Assembly: GCA_965217865.1 (NCBI GenBank)
Contig: CBDCJO010000002.1
Location: 2,048,001 to 2,112,000 of the forward strand
DNA: 64,000 nucleotides
From: Candidatus Latescibacterota bacterium
Lineage (GTDB): Bacteria; Latescibacterota; UBA2968; SICM01
Reading direction: 5' to 3'
Numbering within the stretch: the stretch's first letter is position 1; each line of letters opens with the position of its first letter. The position numbers and the translations under genes are program-made. Shown in pieces: positions 37,307-47,488 of the stretch. The notes under the pieces were generated by a model. That model saw nothing but the letters and a program-made list of their open reading frames with translations. It was not told where the DNA came from and ran no database searches.

Positions 37307-38173
37307 CTACTCAGCTCCGCTGGCGCTCAGGTTCAAGCGCGCCAGAGCCAGATTCAGGTGCTCGGCCATCACCTCGGACGGCGTCAGGGGGGAGGTAACG
37401 TCGTCGTAGGGCGTGACCTGGTTGGTGTCTGGGTTCCAGTCAACCGGCCCGTACTCAGCGGGCTGGCCGGTTTCGGTCATGAGGTGATACAGCGGATCGC
37501 CTTTGTTATAATGCCAGAACTCGCCGGGATAGGGCAAAAAACCGTGGCACTCCATGGTTTGGGTGATCTCCCTGCGGTTGTGCTGTTCTTCTGCGCTGAC
37601 AAAGGGAGAATCCATTGGGGTATATTCGCTCATCTCCAGATAGGGCTTGCCGCGCCAGACTTCGCCCCCGTCATCGCGTCGGAATACCGAAATATCCACT
37701 GCTGCGCCCATCATGTGGGTGCCGATGTTGGGGTAGTTGGCCACCAGACAGGTCGACCGGCGTTTGATCAGATCCAGGGAGGGAGGTTGTCCGCCGTTCT
37801 CCCACCAGCAACTGCGCACGATCATGTCGAAGACAGCCGGTTTTCGCCCCAACTGGGTCTGCATCTCGCGGGTGCGGAAACCCTCCTCGATTTTCAAGAT
37901 CCAGCCGCGTTCGTTCATGTCCCGGCCAATAGCCAGCAGGTCGGGAATCAGGCTGGCGCGAATGGCGAAGATGCGATCCAGATCCCCGGCGATTTTGCTC
38001 TCCGAAAAGAGCATTTCCACCCCCGCTTCGTCCACGGCGTCGGGAATCGACCCAAGGCCCTCGCCGCACTCCTTCACGGGGTAGGCGGCCATGGTTTGCA
38101 GCAAATCATGGCTGCGCTCCATGTACTCGGTCCAGAATTGACGTCTCGCCTCTTCGTCGGAATTCGTTTCCAT
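37307..38173 (-). CDS. M15 family D-Ala-D-Ala dipeptidase (VanX/DdpX-like)
   Basis: IEEGFRTREMQ, THMMGAAVDI (HxxGxAxD) and EFWHY zinc motifs. Confidence 0.85.
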   Translation of the reverse strand: METNSDEEARRQFWTEYMERSHDLLQTMAAYPVKECGEGLGSIPDAVDEAGVEMLFSESKIAGDLDRIFAIRASLIPDLLAIGRDMNERGWILKIEEGFRTREMQTQLGRKPAVFDMIVRSCWWENGGQPPSLDLIKRRSTCLVANYPNIGTHMMGAAVDISVFRRDDGGEVWRGKPYLEMSEYTPMDSPFVSAEEQHNRREITQTMECHGFLPYPGEFWHYNKGDPLYHLMTETGQPAEYGPVDWNPDTNQVTPYDDVTSPLTPSEVMAEHLNLALARLNLSASGAE

Positions 38174-38205
38174 ACTTGAGCTCGATTGAATCCCTTTACC
38201 TGCTC

Positions 38206-40106
38206 TCAGTCCCGTCCGTTTCCGAACGGTCGGCGGGGATTATAGGTTTCCAGAATCTCCAGGAGTTTGACGGACAACTCGCTTCCCATCTGCTCGGAAG
38301 CCTTGAAAAGCATGTCCCACTTCTCCTTCAGCTTCATCCGCGCGTCGAACAGCTTCCGATCGGAAGACGCTAGGCGTTTGAATTTTTCACCGTCCTTCAC
38401 TCGCAGCTGGTCAGGACGTACATCGTCGTAGTTGTTCCAGTTCACGAATTTGACCCGGTCCCCGTCTTCTGCCGAAAGCACGCCATCCTTCATCACCGCC
38501 CCCGTTCTCGTGTCCATGATCTGGTACGGGAGCATGCACTTCGTCCTGACCTTTTTTTCATACACGTAATACCGGTATCCCTTCTTGTACTCCTCCCGCT
38601 TCCTTTTCTTCCCCTTTTCATCCGTGTATTCCACCTTCTTGACCGTATTGGCTTCCCTCCTTTTCTTACGCTGGTCGAAGTCCAGGTAAGCTTCGGACAG
38701 GCCGGCGATCAGGATGATCGGGATATCCGATTTGCGCGCCGCCTGAATCACCTCCTCCTCCGTGGCAGCCTCGGGGTTGAACCCCTGCTCTTTCACGATC
38801 CCGTTCACCTCGTGGTCGGAACCAGTTGTATATGGGCGGGCCGGTCATTCAGACCGCGTACGATCTCGATGTAAACCGACTCTTCAAGGCGATGGCGCTC
38901 GTCCGCCTTTTTCAAAAGATCGTCGTCCGGCTCCTCTATCCACTTCTTCAATCGATGCCACTTGCTCGGTTTCGGCTTGTCGGCGTCAGCCAAGGCGTCC
39001 CTTTCAACAATCGTCGGATGGAAAACAAACAGGCCGACCTTGTATCGCGCCCTAGTGATGGCCAGTTTTCGCAGCGCCGTCGCATCCTCATAATCCGGCA
39101 CGCGTTTCAACGCCGCATCGAACGCCCGGTAGGCCGGGACATAATCCTCCTGCTCCAGGTAGGCCTTGCCTTCGGAATATTCCTGTTTGGCGGCTGCCAG
39201 GTCGGCCAATTCCTGAGCCCGCTCCGCCCGCTCCTGCGCGTCCTTGTAGTCCGCCACGTAGGAGAGCGACTCCAGGTACGTATCCGCAGCCGACTCGAAA
39301 TCCCCGAGGTCGAACGCATTTGCAGCCGCCTGGTAGTGCACCTCCGCCTCCTTCTCAACCTCACCCGGGATAAGGAACCTCGCGATAGCCGGCACGGCCC
39401 TCATCTCCACCCCACCCGCAAGCGCGGCCCCGTGGCCTCCCGGTCCCGAATCTGGGGCAGACGAGCCGTCAATATCGTTCAGCGGCCAGTAGGCCACAAG
39501 GCCCGGCTCGTTCCCCTTCAACAGTCTGTCCTTCCGCTGGTTGATCTCACGCTTCGACAGCATCCTGCTCCACACCCGGAACTCCGCCATATATCCCTGG
39601 AACAGCCTGTCATTGGGAAAGTTCGATTTGCCGATATAGTTCTGTCCCCCCCCGACCACATCCAGCCCTCCCTCGTACTTGTCCCGCTTGATGAATTTCC
39701 CGGCTATAAATAGCTTCATCCCGCCGGGACCGAAGACAGCCGCGATGTGATGCCAGACGTTTAAGCGAATACCGTCCTTCTCTTTGATCCGGTGCCGCTT
39801 CCCCCTCCGGTCCAGGATGGTAAACATGATCGTGTCGGATTTTTTGTCGTTCTGCACGAGCGCAGCGTTCTTCTTTCGTCCGAAATCGAACACCCGTGAA
39901 TGTTTGTTGAACCGCTCCCACTTCACCCATGCCTCTACCGTCCCCTGTGTCAGGTGGTCGAAAATGTTGGGCGGCAACTGCACATACCCGCTCTTCCCGT
40001 CAAAAAAAAGGACATTCATCGAAAGCCCTTCCGCGGGCAAGGCACCAGCCGAAACGGGCAGCCATAAGGCCGACGAAACAGTCAGGAGGATTAGAACCCT
40101 TTTCAT
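38206..40106 (-). pseudogene. Secreted LamG/concanavalin + TPR protein split by a frameshift (ORFs 38805-40106 and 38206-38808)
   Basis: Signal peptide, LamG (TVEAWVK, WHHIAAVF, LVAYWPLN) and TPR-like helices. At ~38820 HIQLV-PTTR* versus the alternative frame SDHEVNGIVKEQG indicates a 1-nt indel joining the two ORFs (real or sequencing error). Confidence 0.6.
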
Positions 40107-40151
40107 CTATCTCTCCTCATTCCAACCGTGCATTTTTCCACTTTGCCCTTT

Positions 40152-41174
40152 TCACCTTGCAATTCCTCCCCCCGTCCACCCGGGCGTGATCCCCAGTTCT
40201 CTGCCTAAATCCTCAAGCCTCTTCAACTCCTCGAGGTCGTAAGGAATCCCATCCCGTTTGTAGGCCTCTTCATTCCTGAATTCCAACGTGCCGGGGAGCG
40301 TGGCCTCCTCGTACCCCCTGACGGGAATCATGGTCTCGCGCACTCCACGCACCATTTTGTCGATCCCGTTTCGGACCTCTTCTGCGGGGGCAAAAATCCC
40401 GATATCCATCACGACGATCAACCCGCCCACGTTTGCCCCTGGCCACCGGGCCTTGATCTCCTCTGCCTTTTGGTTATGGGTACCCACAAGGGCGTTGCCC
40501 AGAGCGGTGGCAATTCCCGTCATGCCCATCGACTTGAAGAAGGCCGCGGGGATCAACTCCTGAAGGGCATCGAATTCCTCTCCTCGTTGGTAGTCGGCCA
40601 GAATGCACGTGGCCATATCCAGAACGAAGGGGGGACCTTCCTGGCCGGACAATCCGAAGGAAAAAGGCGGATTCCCCCAGTAGGCGGCCTGATGGGTTTT
40701 GTTTCGCCGTCCTCCCGAAAAATCCCAACCCCCACCCTGAACCGAAAAAGCCGTGCAATCCTCTTCCATGGCCCGCCGGACGTAATATCCCGCCGACCCG
40801 TAATGGCCGATGTGCCGGGTCGCCCCTACCGCTACTCCTTTGTCTTTGGCTTTTGGGATCGCCTTCTCGGTCGCCATCATCATCGGAGCATACCCCAGTC
40901 CCCCATCTCCGTCGATCAGAATCGACGTATCCGTCTCCTTCAGGACCTTCAGGTCCGGATTGGGATTGATCCCGCCCTCCCGCAGGGACCGGCAGTAACC
41001 AACGGCTTGACGGGTCCCGTGGGATCGGACGCCCCGCAGATCGCCGCTCGTCAACAGACCGGCCAACTGGTCCGCGTGATCCGGGGGCATCCCCGCTGCT
41101 TTCAAACACGCCCCGGTAAATTCACGTAACTGGTCCGCCGAAATTCGTTTGAAACTCTCTGGAGGTTTGTTCAT
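40152..41174 (-). CDS. Ldh_2 family (malate/L-lactate/ureidoglycolate-type) oxidoreductase
   Basis: DLRGVRSHG, IDGDGGLG, HIGHYGSAGYY, GNPP, FVLDMAT and LPG. Confidence 0.9.
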   Translation of the reverse strand: MNKPPESFKRISADQLREFTGACLKAAGMPPDHADQLAGLLTSGDLRGVRSHGTRQAVGYCRSLREGGINPNPDLKVLKETDTSILIDGDGGLGYAPMMMATEKAIPKAKDKGVAVGATRHIGHYGSAGYYVRRAMEEDCTAFSVQGGGWDFSGGRRNKTHQAAYWGNPPFSFGLSGQEGPPFVLDMATCILADYQRGEEFDALQELIPAAFFKSMGMTGIATALGNALVGTHNQKAEEIKARWPGANVGGLIVVMDIGIFAPAEEVRNGIDKMVRGVRETMIPVRGYEEATLPGTLEFRNEEAYKRDGIPYDLEELKRLEDLGRELGITPGWTGGGIAR

Positions 41175-41253
41175 ATGGCGTTCCTTTACAGTGAGTGATC
41201 AAATTCATGGTTTTCGATTCGCGATTCACGATCGACGAATCACGATTTTTCCT

Positions 41254-42450
41254 TCAGATCCCCGGGCGATTCTTCGTCCCGTATCCTGTCATTTCCACAT
41301 ACCCCCGGCCGATCCGCTTGCCTCCGGTGTCCTTTACCGACACCGCCCCCTCCCAGTAAAAAAGACCGCCCAGAAGTCTTCCCCGGTTTTCCTGATCCGC
41401 GAGTTCGGGAATCACCTCCAGGCGCAAACCTTCACCCGGGAGATCGATGATCCATCGGGAGGGATATTTCGCCCCGGTCTCAATGCTTACCCAGGTCCTC
41501 GTGACCCGGACGGTGTAGTCCCTCTCCTTCAAATATCGGGTAGATCCCTCTCGGGAGACAACGGTGCCCCGCCCGAAGTCAATCTCACCCGCTTCATCCC
41601 TCAGCAGATAAAGCATCACGTCCCGACCATCCTCCAGTTGGAGACTGAACCAGTCCCAACCCACCTGGTGGTTGCCAAGCTGGTTTGACCCGAATTCCTT
41701 ATCCATCCAGCTCTCGCCCCGAACCCGGATCGTCTCACCTCTCAGGGAAATCGACCCCTCCGTTCCGAGCCTGGTGAAGCTGTAATATTGGCTCGCAGCG
41801 GTCTCCCCTCTCCCTTTCCTGCTGTACCCGTTCGGCCCTTGAAAGACCATTCTTTTCAGCGGCCTGGTGAAAAACTTGAATCCCATTTCCTGACCATCGT
41901 CCCGCATCGCAAATTCGAATCCCTCGCCATTCCATCGAAGGGTCCACCTGCCGTCGGTCCCCACAGGACCGCGGCTCCACGCGATCACCGGCTCCGGATA
42001 TCGATTGAACCCTCCAAGAAACGGGACCTCTCTATAGACGACCTCGCTGAAAAGGTGCCGGCCGCTGGTCAGATCGCTGATGGACGCGTGTCCCATAATC
42101 AGGTTGTGGGCTGCCCAGTCCGAGGAGAGATTCAAAGGCCTTGGCAGGAGCCCGATTCGGAAAAACGTGAACTGGTACCCGAACATCCTGTCCGGGGGCT
42201 GCTCCGAACGGAGATGACCGGTGAAATACCACCACTCGGTCCGGTACCCGGGACGGGCCCAGTGATCCTGGGGAAAAGACCATTCATAGTCAGGCCGGGC
42301 GGGCTTCCATTCCTCTCCTTGGATCTCTTTTTGGGGAATCAGGAACAGGAATAGTGCGGATATAAAAACGAATAACCGGAGAAGGGGAAAAGAGGAATAT
42401 AGAAAACTGAATAGTGCAAATTGAAGGACGCCATCCCATCGCTTTTGCAC
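41254..42450 (-). CDS. AttH/CrtC-like lipocalin-fold secreted hydrolase
   Basis: FPQDHWARPGYRTEWWYFTG, FGYQFTFFR, SQYYSFTR, SWMDKEFGS, GWDWFSLQL and YWEGAV..GRGYVEMTGY. Start uncertain (GTG at 42450 after GAGGG). Confidence 0.9.
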   Translation of the reverse strand: MQKRWDGVLQFALFSFLYSSFPLLRLFVFISALFLFLIPQKEIQGEEWKPARPDYEWSFPQDHWARPGYRTEWWYFTGHLRSEQPPDRMFGYQFTFFRIGLLPRPLNLSSDWAAHNLIMGHASISDLTSGRHLFSEVVYREVPFLGGFNRYPEPVIAWSRGPVGTDGRWTLRWNGEGFEFAMRDDGQEMGFKFFTRPLKRMVFQGPNGYSRKGRGETAASQYYSFTRLGTEGSISLRGETIRVRGESWMDKEFGSNQLGNHQVGWDWFSLQLEDGRDVMLYLLRDEAGEIDFGRGTVVSREGSTRYLKERDYTVRVTRTWVSIETGAKYPSRWIIDLPGEGLRLEVIPELADQENRGRLLGGLFYWEGAVSVKDTGGKRIGRGYVEMTGYGTKNRPGI

Positions 42451-42525
42451 GTGGCCCTCTTGGACCAATTTAATTTGAAATTTATAATTTATAATTCCCA
42501 CTATCTTTCCCCTCTCATCCGGTCC

Positions 42526-45048
42526 TCAGCTTTCCTTGCTCAATTCCTTTGCTGGAACCTGGCTTGCGCGCAACGCCGGATACAGGCTGGCCAGGACCGC
42601 AGCGGCCAGGATCATGGCGGACTGCTGAAGAATGGGTCCCCAGGTCCAGTGGACCTGGATCGTCCATCCAAAGTAGGCCCGGTTGATAACGAAAATCAGA
42701 ATCATAGCCAGCGCGATCCCCCCTAACAATCCCAGGAATAGACTCAAAAGAGCCATCCCGATTCCCTCCCCGACAAAAACTCCGAAAATCTGACGCCGAC
42801 CTGCTCCAATCGCTCTGTAGAGCGCCAGTTCGGAAATCCTCTCCCTTGCAACAACAAGCAGGTTGAGTGTAATACCGCAAATGGCAATAAGGAGACTCAT
42901 CCCGCGCAGGATCTGAGTGACCGCAAACGTCTGATCGAAGATCGCAAAGATCTCTTCCCGAAGACGACGATTGCTCCGGATCTGTAACGGGAAGTCCGCG
43001 AACCTGTATTTCAGTTCGTCGACCATTCGCTCGGGATCGCGATCCGGATCGAGATACAGCGCCATATTGTTGATAAGCCCGGGCCCGAACCACTCCTCCA
43101 TGGTCCGGATGTCCATCGCAGCCGCTCCCCCCTCCGTTGAATAATCGTAATAGATCCCGGAGATCGGGAAAGAAATCTCCCCTTGCGGTCCGTAAACCGG
43201 CAATCGATCTCCCACTCTCAACCCCCCCTTCCGTGAAAGGGGTTCGCTGATCAAGACCGCCCCTTCCTCCCGCATCATTCTAAACGCATCATCCCGGTTG
43301 CCGGAAAGGAGAGGGAAGCGCACTTCCTCCCCCGGTAGCCCCATCTCTACCCCGCCTAAGAAGATCCGCCTATCCCCGGAATAAGCGAAAAACTGTCGAA
43401 GGCGATCCACGGCCATCACGCCGGGATGAGCCGAAAGCGCAGAAGCCAGATCCGGGTGTAGGGTGGCCTCTCGGCCGGCTCGCATCCAGGATTCAGTTGT
43501 GATGTAGATATCGGCCTGTACCGTAGTCCCTATCCATACCTCAACCGTCCGTCGAAAGCTCCCGATCATTAGCGTGATCCCGATCAACATGCTCACCGCA
43601 ACCGCCAAAGCGGACACAGCAAATGCAGTCGTCTGGAGACGAATCCCCATGCTTTTGAGACTGTAGCCGAAACCAAATCCTCGAACGCGGATCGGACCGC
43701 ATATCCGGTGGATCAAAAAAGGGGTGATCATCGGAGTTCCCAGGAAGACCCCCGTGCCCAACACAAACCCCCCGGGCTTCCAGGTCTTCCCGAAAAACCA
43801 GAACCAGACGCATAAAACCCCAACAAGAGCCCAACCGGATACAAACAGGCCAAACGCAGCGGACCTCACCTTTTCGTGTAGGGTGAAAGGGGCCAGAAGG
43901 GTGCGGGTATCTCTCCTGCTGATGTCCAGGGCGGGGAATACGGCGCCGGCGCTTGCCGCGCCGATCCCGATCAAAGCAGCCATCAAATAAATCCAGGGAG
44001 ACACCCGCAGCGATTCGATTTCGTCCATCACGTAGAGGTTGGTGAGGGTTCCGCTCACAACCTCTACGTTTGCTGCGGCCACCCAGGTGCCAAGTGGCAG
44101 CCCAAGTCCGACACCCACGATGGCGAGAAGAATCACCTCTCCGATGATCAACCCGAACACCTGTTCCCGGGTCGCCCCGGTAGATCGGAGCAGCCCGAAT
44201 TCGGTCCGCCTTCGGATCAAGGCGGCCTGTGTGCTGCTATAGATCAGAAAGGCCGCGACAAAAAGGCTGATAAGGCTTAAAGCCGTCAGATTGAGACGAA
44301 AAGCCCCCAACAACCCCGCTGCCTGGTGCTGACGTTGTTCCGGCGTTAGGATTTGAACCGAAGGACCCAACTTTGTCTTCAGGCGGAGGATCAGGTCATC
44401 GAGTTCCGTGTCTTCCCCTGCCTTGACATCGATCTGGTGGATCTCCCCCGGCATACCCAGAAGACTCTGGGCTTGTGCAATATCCATCACAACCAGCTTC
44501 CGACTGGCAAGAGGGCTAACTTTGTGGAAATCCACCAGAGTTCCCACCGTCAGTCGGGCCGTTCGCGAGCCGCTCGACACCTCCAGGGAGTCTCCGATCT
44601 TCCACCCCATCTCACCCGCGAGTCGGGGTGTCACCGCAACCCATCCGGACCGGCCGAGGGCTTCAGACGGATCCGCAAACCCCCTGTCCCACGGAAGATC
44701 AACAGGAGCGAAGAAATCGAAACCCACCACCTCCAGGAAAAAATCCTCTCGCCCTCTGAGGGCCACATCGATTCGGTAAATCGGCCAGGCTGCGGCAACC
44801 CCTGCTTCTGCCAGGACTTTCGGATAAACCCGTTCTGCCAGCACAGGAGTCCTGCCCAGGATGCTGAAATCCGCATCCCCGCTGATCGCTTTGATTCCCC
44901 CCTGAAACGCGCCCAATGCATTCATGTTGATAATCTGAATGCAGACGACCGATGCAACCCCGAGCGCTACCCCAAATACGCTCAGGAGATAGAGGCTCCG
45001 CCCTTCTTTGAAATGGGAAAACAGCGTTCGAACGAAATAACGGATCAC
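42526..45048 (-). CDS. ABC transporter permease, duplicated FtsX/MacB type (AttFG-like)
   Basis: 840 aa. GVALGVA, AFRLNLTALSLISL, RRRTEFGLLRSTGA, FDQTFAVT and INRAYFGWTI. Confidence 0.9.
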   Translation of the reverse strand: MIRYFVRTLFSHFKEGRSLYLLSVFGVALGVASVVCIQIINMNALGAFQGGIKAISGDADFSILGRTPVLAERVYPKVLAEAGVAAAWPIYRIDVALRGREDFFLEVVGFDFFAPVDLPWDRGFADPSEALGRSGWVAVTPRLAGEMGWKIGDSLEVSSGSRTARLTVGTLVDFHKVSPLASRKLVVMDIAQAQSLLGMPGEIHQIDVKAGEDTELDDLILRLKTKLGPSVQILTPEQRQHQAAGLLGAFRLNLTALSLISLFVAAFLIYSSTQAALIRRRTEFGLLRSTGATREQVFGLIIGEVILLAIVGVGLGLPLGTWVAAANVEVVSGTLTNLYVMDEIESLRVSPWIYLMAALIGIGAASAGAVFPALDISRRDTRTLLAPFTLHEKVRSAAFGLFVSGWALVGVLCVWFWFFGKTWKPGGFVLGTGVFLGTPMITPFLIHRICGPIRVRGFGFGYSLKSMGIRLQTTAFAVSALAVAVSMLIGITLMIGSFRRTVEVWIGTTVQADIYITTESWMRAGREATLHPDLASALSAHPGVMAVDRLRQFFAYSGDRRIFLGGVEMGLPGEEVRFPLLSGNRDDAFRMMREEGAVLISEPLSRKGGLRVGDRLPVYGPQGEISFPISGIYYDYSTEGGAAAMDIRTMEEWFGPGLINNMALYLDPDRDPERMVDELKYRFADFPLQIRSNRRLREEIFAIFDQTFAVTQILRGMSLLIAICGITLNLLVVARERISELALYRAIGAGRRQIFGVFVGEGIGMALLSLFLGLLGGIALAMILIFVINRAYFGWTIQVHWTWGPILQQSAMILAAAVLASLYPALRASQVPAKELSKES

Positions 45049-45728
45049 GACGGTTCCAGGATACCACTATGAAGATGCCAGATTTCATCGGCCAGCGAAG
45101 CCAGATCGTGGTCGTGGGTCACATAGATCAGCGTGCTTCCCTCCTCCACGGCCAATCTCAACAGGAGATCCATGACCACACGGGCGTTTGAATCATCCAG
45201 ATTCCCCGTTGGTTCATCGGCCAGGAGCAGCCGGGGTTTGCGAAGAAGCGCGCGGCAGATGGCGACTCTCTGCATCTCTCCTCCGCTCAACTTATGGATC
45301 GCCTCCTTGGATCGTTCGCTCAATCCGACACGTTCCAGCAAACCCACGACCCTTCTTTCAAACTCGGACGGCCGCCCTCCCGCGATCAGTTCCGGGAGGG
45401 CTACGTTATCCTGGACATTCAGGTGAGGGAGAAGGTGAAAAAACTGGAAAACCATCCCGACCGTCTCCCGCCTTTGCAGGGTACGGCCACGGTCCGAGAG
45501 ATCGGCGGTGTTTTTCCCCAGCATCCAGATCTCCCCTCCTGTGGGCAGGTCGATCCCGGCGGCAAGATGCAAAAAGGTCGACTTGCCGCTGCCGCTTCTC
45601 CCGACAATCGCAGCAGTGCTGCCCAGGGAAAAATCGATGGTGATGTCCCTGAGCACCCGGCGGACCCCACCACCGGTTTGATCGTAAAACTTGGAGACAC
45701 CTCGGAACGAAAGGACCGGATCGGACAT
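45045..45728 (-). CDS. ABC transporter ATP-binding protein (LolD/AttE-like)
   Basis: Walker A GRSGSGKST, LSGGEMQRVAI, LLLADEPTGNLD and VTHD. Confidence 0.95.
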   Translation of the reverse strand: MSDPVLSFRGVSKFYDQTGGGVRRVLRDITIDFSLGSTAAIVGRSGSGKSTFLHLAAGIDLPTGGEIWMLGKNTADLSDRGRTLQRRETVGMVFQFFHLLPHLNVQDNVALPELIAGGRPSEFERRVVGLLERVGLSERSKEAIHKLSGGEMQRVAICRALLRKPRLLLADEPTGNLDDSNARVVMDLLLRLAVEEGSTLIYVTHDHDLASLADEIWHLHSGILEPS

Positions 45729-45834
45729 GGGCGGTGAGATTCTAGGATTTATTCGACGTCTTGTTCGGTTTCGGAGAGGCCCAAGTAGCGGGGTTTGGTG
45801 AAGTTAGAAGGAGGAAATAACCTTGAGGATAGCC

Positions 45835-46779
45835 CTACTCATCCAGACGAAACAGATTCAAGAATCGATCTTCATACACGTTATATAGGTCCCATTTATC
45901 AAGTTCATTCTTGAGCTGGGTCGCTTTCTCCTTGGAACGATTCTTTTGCACTTCTCCAAAAAGTCTTTCGATTTTCTCCATCACATATTGCGGCACTTTG
46001 TCTTCATCCAACTGTTCGAATTCCTCTTCTTCTCCCTCTTCCATTTCCATGCTAGAAAAAGCCGTCTGGATCTTCTCCTCGATCTCTGCCATCGTTTGAT
46101 TCATTTGTTCAACCGCATGATCCATCTCAGCCATATCAACCCGGATCTCAATGATGCTTTCCAACACCTTTACGATTGCCCGCGACGCCTTAAAATTCGG
46201 GATGCCGATGGCATACTGGGGCATTGTGCCCATAAGACACGCAGCTTCTATCCCGCGTATACCCGCGAACCCGAGGATGAGGCCGTTCAATCCGGAGATA
46301 TGGCCCTGTTTTAGGACCTCCACACCGTGAGGAACCAGAGAATCCCTGAGCGACTGCCCGTTGGCAACCCCCATAACCCGAACTTCCTCTCTGTGGCTGA
46401 TCGGCATGGCAAAGGCTGCCCCCGTGTAAATAGTCCTCACCTTAAGCTTCTCTGCGATGTCCAGGATCTGTCCCAACAGAAGAATTCCTTTGTCCCCAAC
46501 GATCTGGGACTCACTTTCGAAGATGATAAGTTCTGGATCCCGGAGATAATAAAAGACGTGGGAGGGAAGTTTCGGCAACTTGGCGATTCCGTCCTCAACC
46601 ATGACCGCTTCGGGTGTGAAATATTCGCTCATATCCACCTCTGCAAAAGCCACCATCCCGAGCTTCCGGCGAAGGTAATCGATCGCCCCCACACCCACGT
46701 TCCCCATTCCCGGCCATCCTGCGAGCAGAATCGGAGACTTCACCTCACCCGATAGGTCCTTTCGCATCTTCAAATTCAT
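45835..46779 (-). CDS. PAC2 family (proteasome assembly chaperone-like) protein
   Basis: PILLAGWPGMGNVG, IYTGAAF, ISGLNGLILG and AACLMG. GGAGGAG RBS before the ATG at 46779. Confidence 0.8.
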   Translation of the reverse strand: MNLKMRKDLSGEVKSPILLAGWPGMGNVGVGAIDYLRRKLGMVAFAEVDMSEYFTPEAVMVEDGIAKLPKLPSHVFYYLRDPELIIFESESQIVGDKGILLLGQILDIAEKLKVRTIYTGAAFAMPISHREEVRVMGVANGQSLRDSLVPHGVEVLKQGHISGLNGLILGFAGIRGIEAACLMGTMPQYAIGIPNFKASRAIVKVLESIIEIRVDMAEMDHAVEQMNQTMAEIEEKIQTAFSSMEMEEGEEEEFEQLDEDKVPQYVMEKIERLFGEVQKNRSKEKATQLKNELDKWDLYNVYEDRFLNLFRLDE

Positions 46780-47143
46780 ATCCTTTTCTCCTCCACCGGG
46801 AACCTTGTTGCTCTGCAGAACAACATCTTTCTTTCCACCCTTGGAGTCACGACCGTGGAAGCTTAACCACTCGTCAACATATTCCGGTTTGCCGTCTCCT
46901 GTCAAGTAAAAATATCTCCACGGCTCATACAGGTTATAACGGACGATTATCCTGACTTCAATAAGCTTGCAATCAGTTTCCTGTTTAACCATCTTTATGT
47001 TCAAACCTGATAGGAGTGAAGCCTTTGACTCCTGGACTCCGGCCGATTGACTTCATCCTCGACCCTCTCGTGACCCCTGGCCAATGACCCCTGATTTCCG
47101 GCGGGATGAGGGTGGAAACGGCATCCGTCTCTCACGGTCTACA

Positions 47144-47488
47144 ATGAACCCAGACGACCCCATCGAACTTCCCATCAACGGTGTCTTGGACCTCCACGCT
47201 TTTCACCCAAAGGATATGAAAGACCTGGTTCCCGACTATCTAAGTGCCTGCATGGACCGGGGAATCTTCGACGTCCGTATCATTCACGGAAAAGGGATGG
47301 GAGTCCAGCGACGGAAACTCCACAGTATCCTGAGCCGTATCCCTGAAGTGGTCTCCCATCGTACGGCCGATCTGGACGGGGGCTCTTGGGGGGCCACCCT
47401 GGTGAAACTGGCATCCGTAAAAAAAAAGAAACCCTTCTGGGAGGAACGGTCCTCTAATGACAGAATCACCCGACCAGAGCCTGGTTGA
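47144..47488 (+). CDS. Stand-alone Smr domain protein
   Basis: IELPINGVLDLHAFHPKD, VRIIHGKGMG and GSWGATLV. The 3' end may really be TAA at 47455-47457 if the A9 run has an indel. Confidence 0.9.
   Translation: MNPDDPIELPINGVLDLHAFHPKDMKDLVPDYLSACMDRGIFDVRIIHGKGMGVQRRKLHSILSRIPEVVSHRTADLDGGSWGATLVKLASVKKKKPFWEERSSNDRITRPEPG

Noticed and set aside
37307-38173. Vancomycin-resistance cluster
   Set aside because: No vanH/vanA/vanRS nearby; stand-alone M15 dipeptidases are common.
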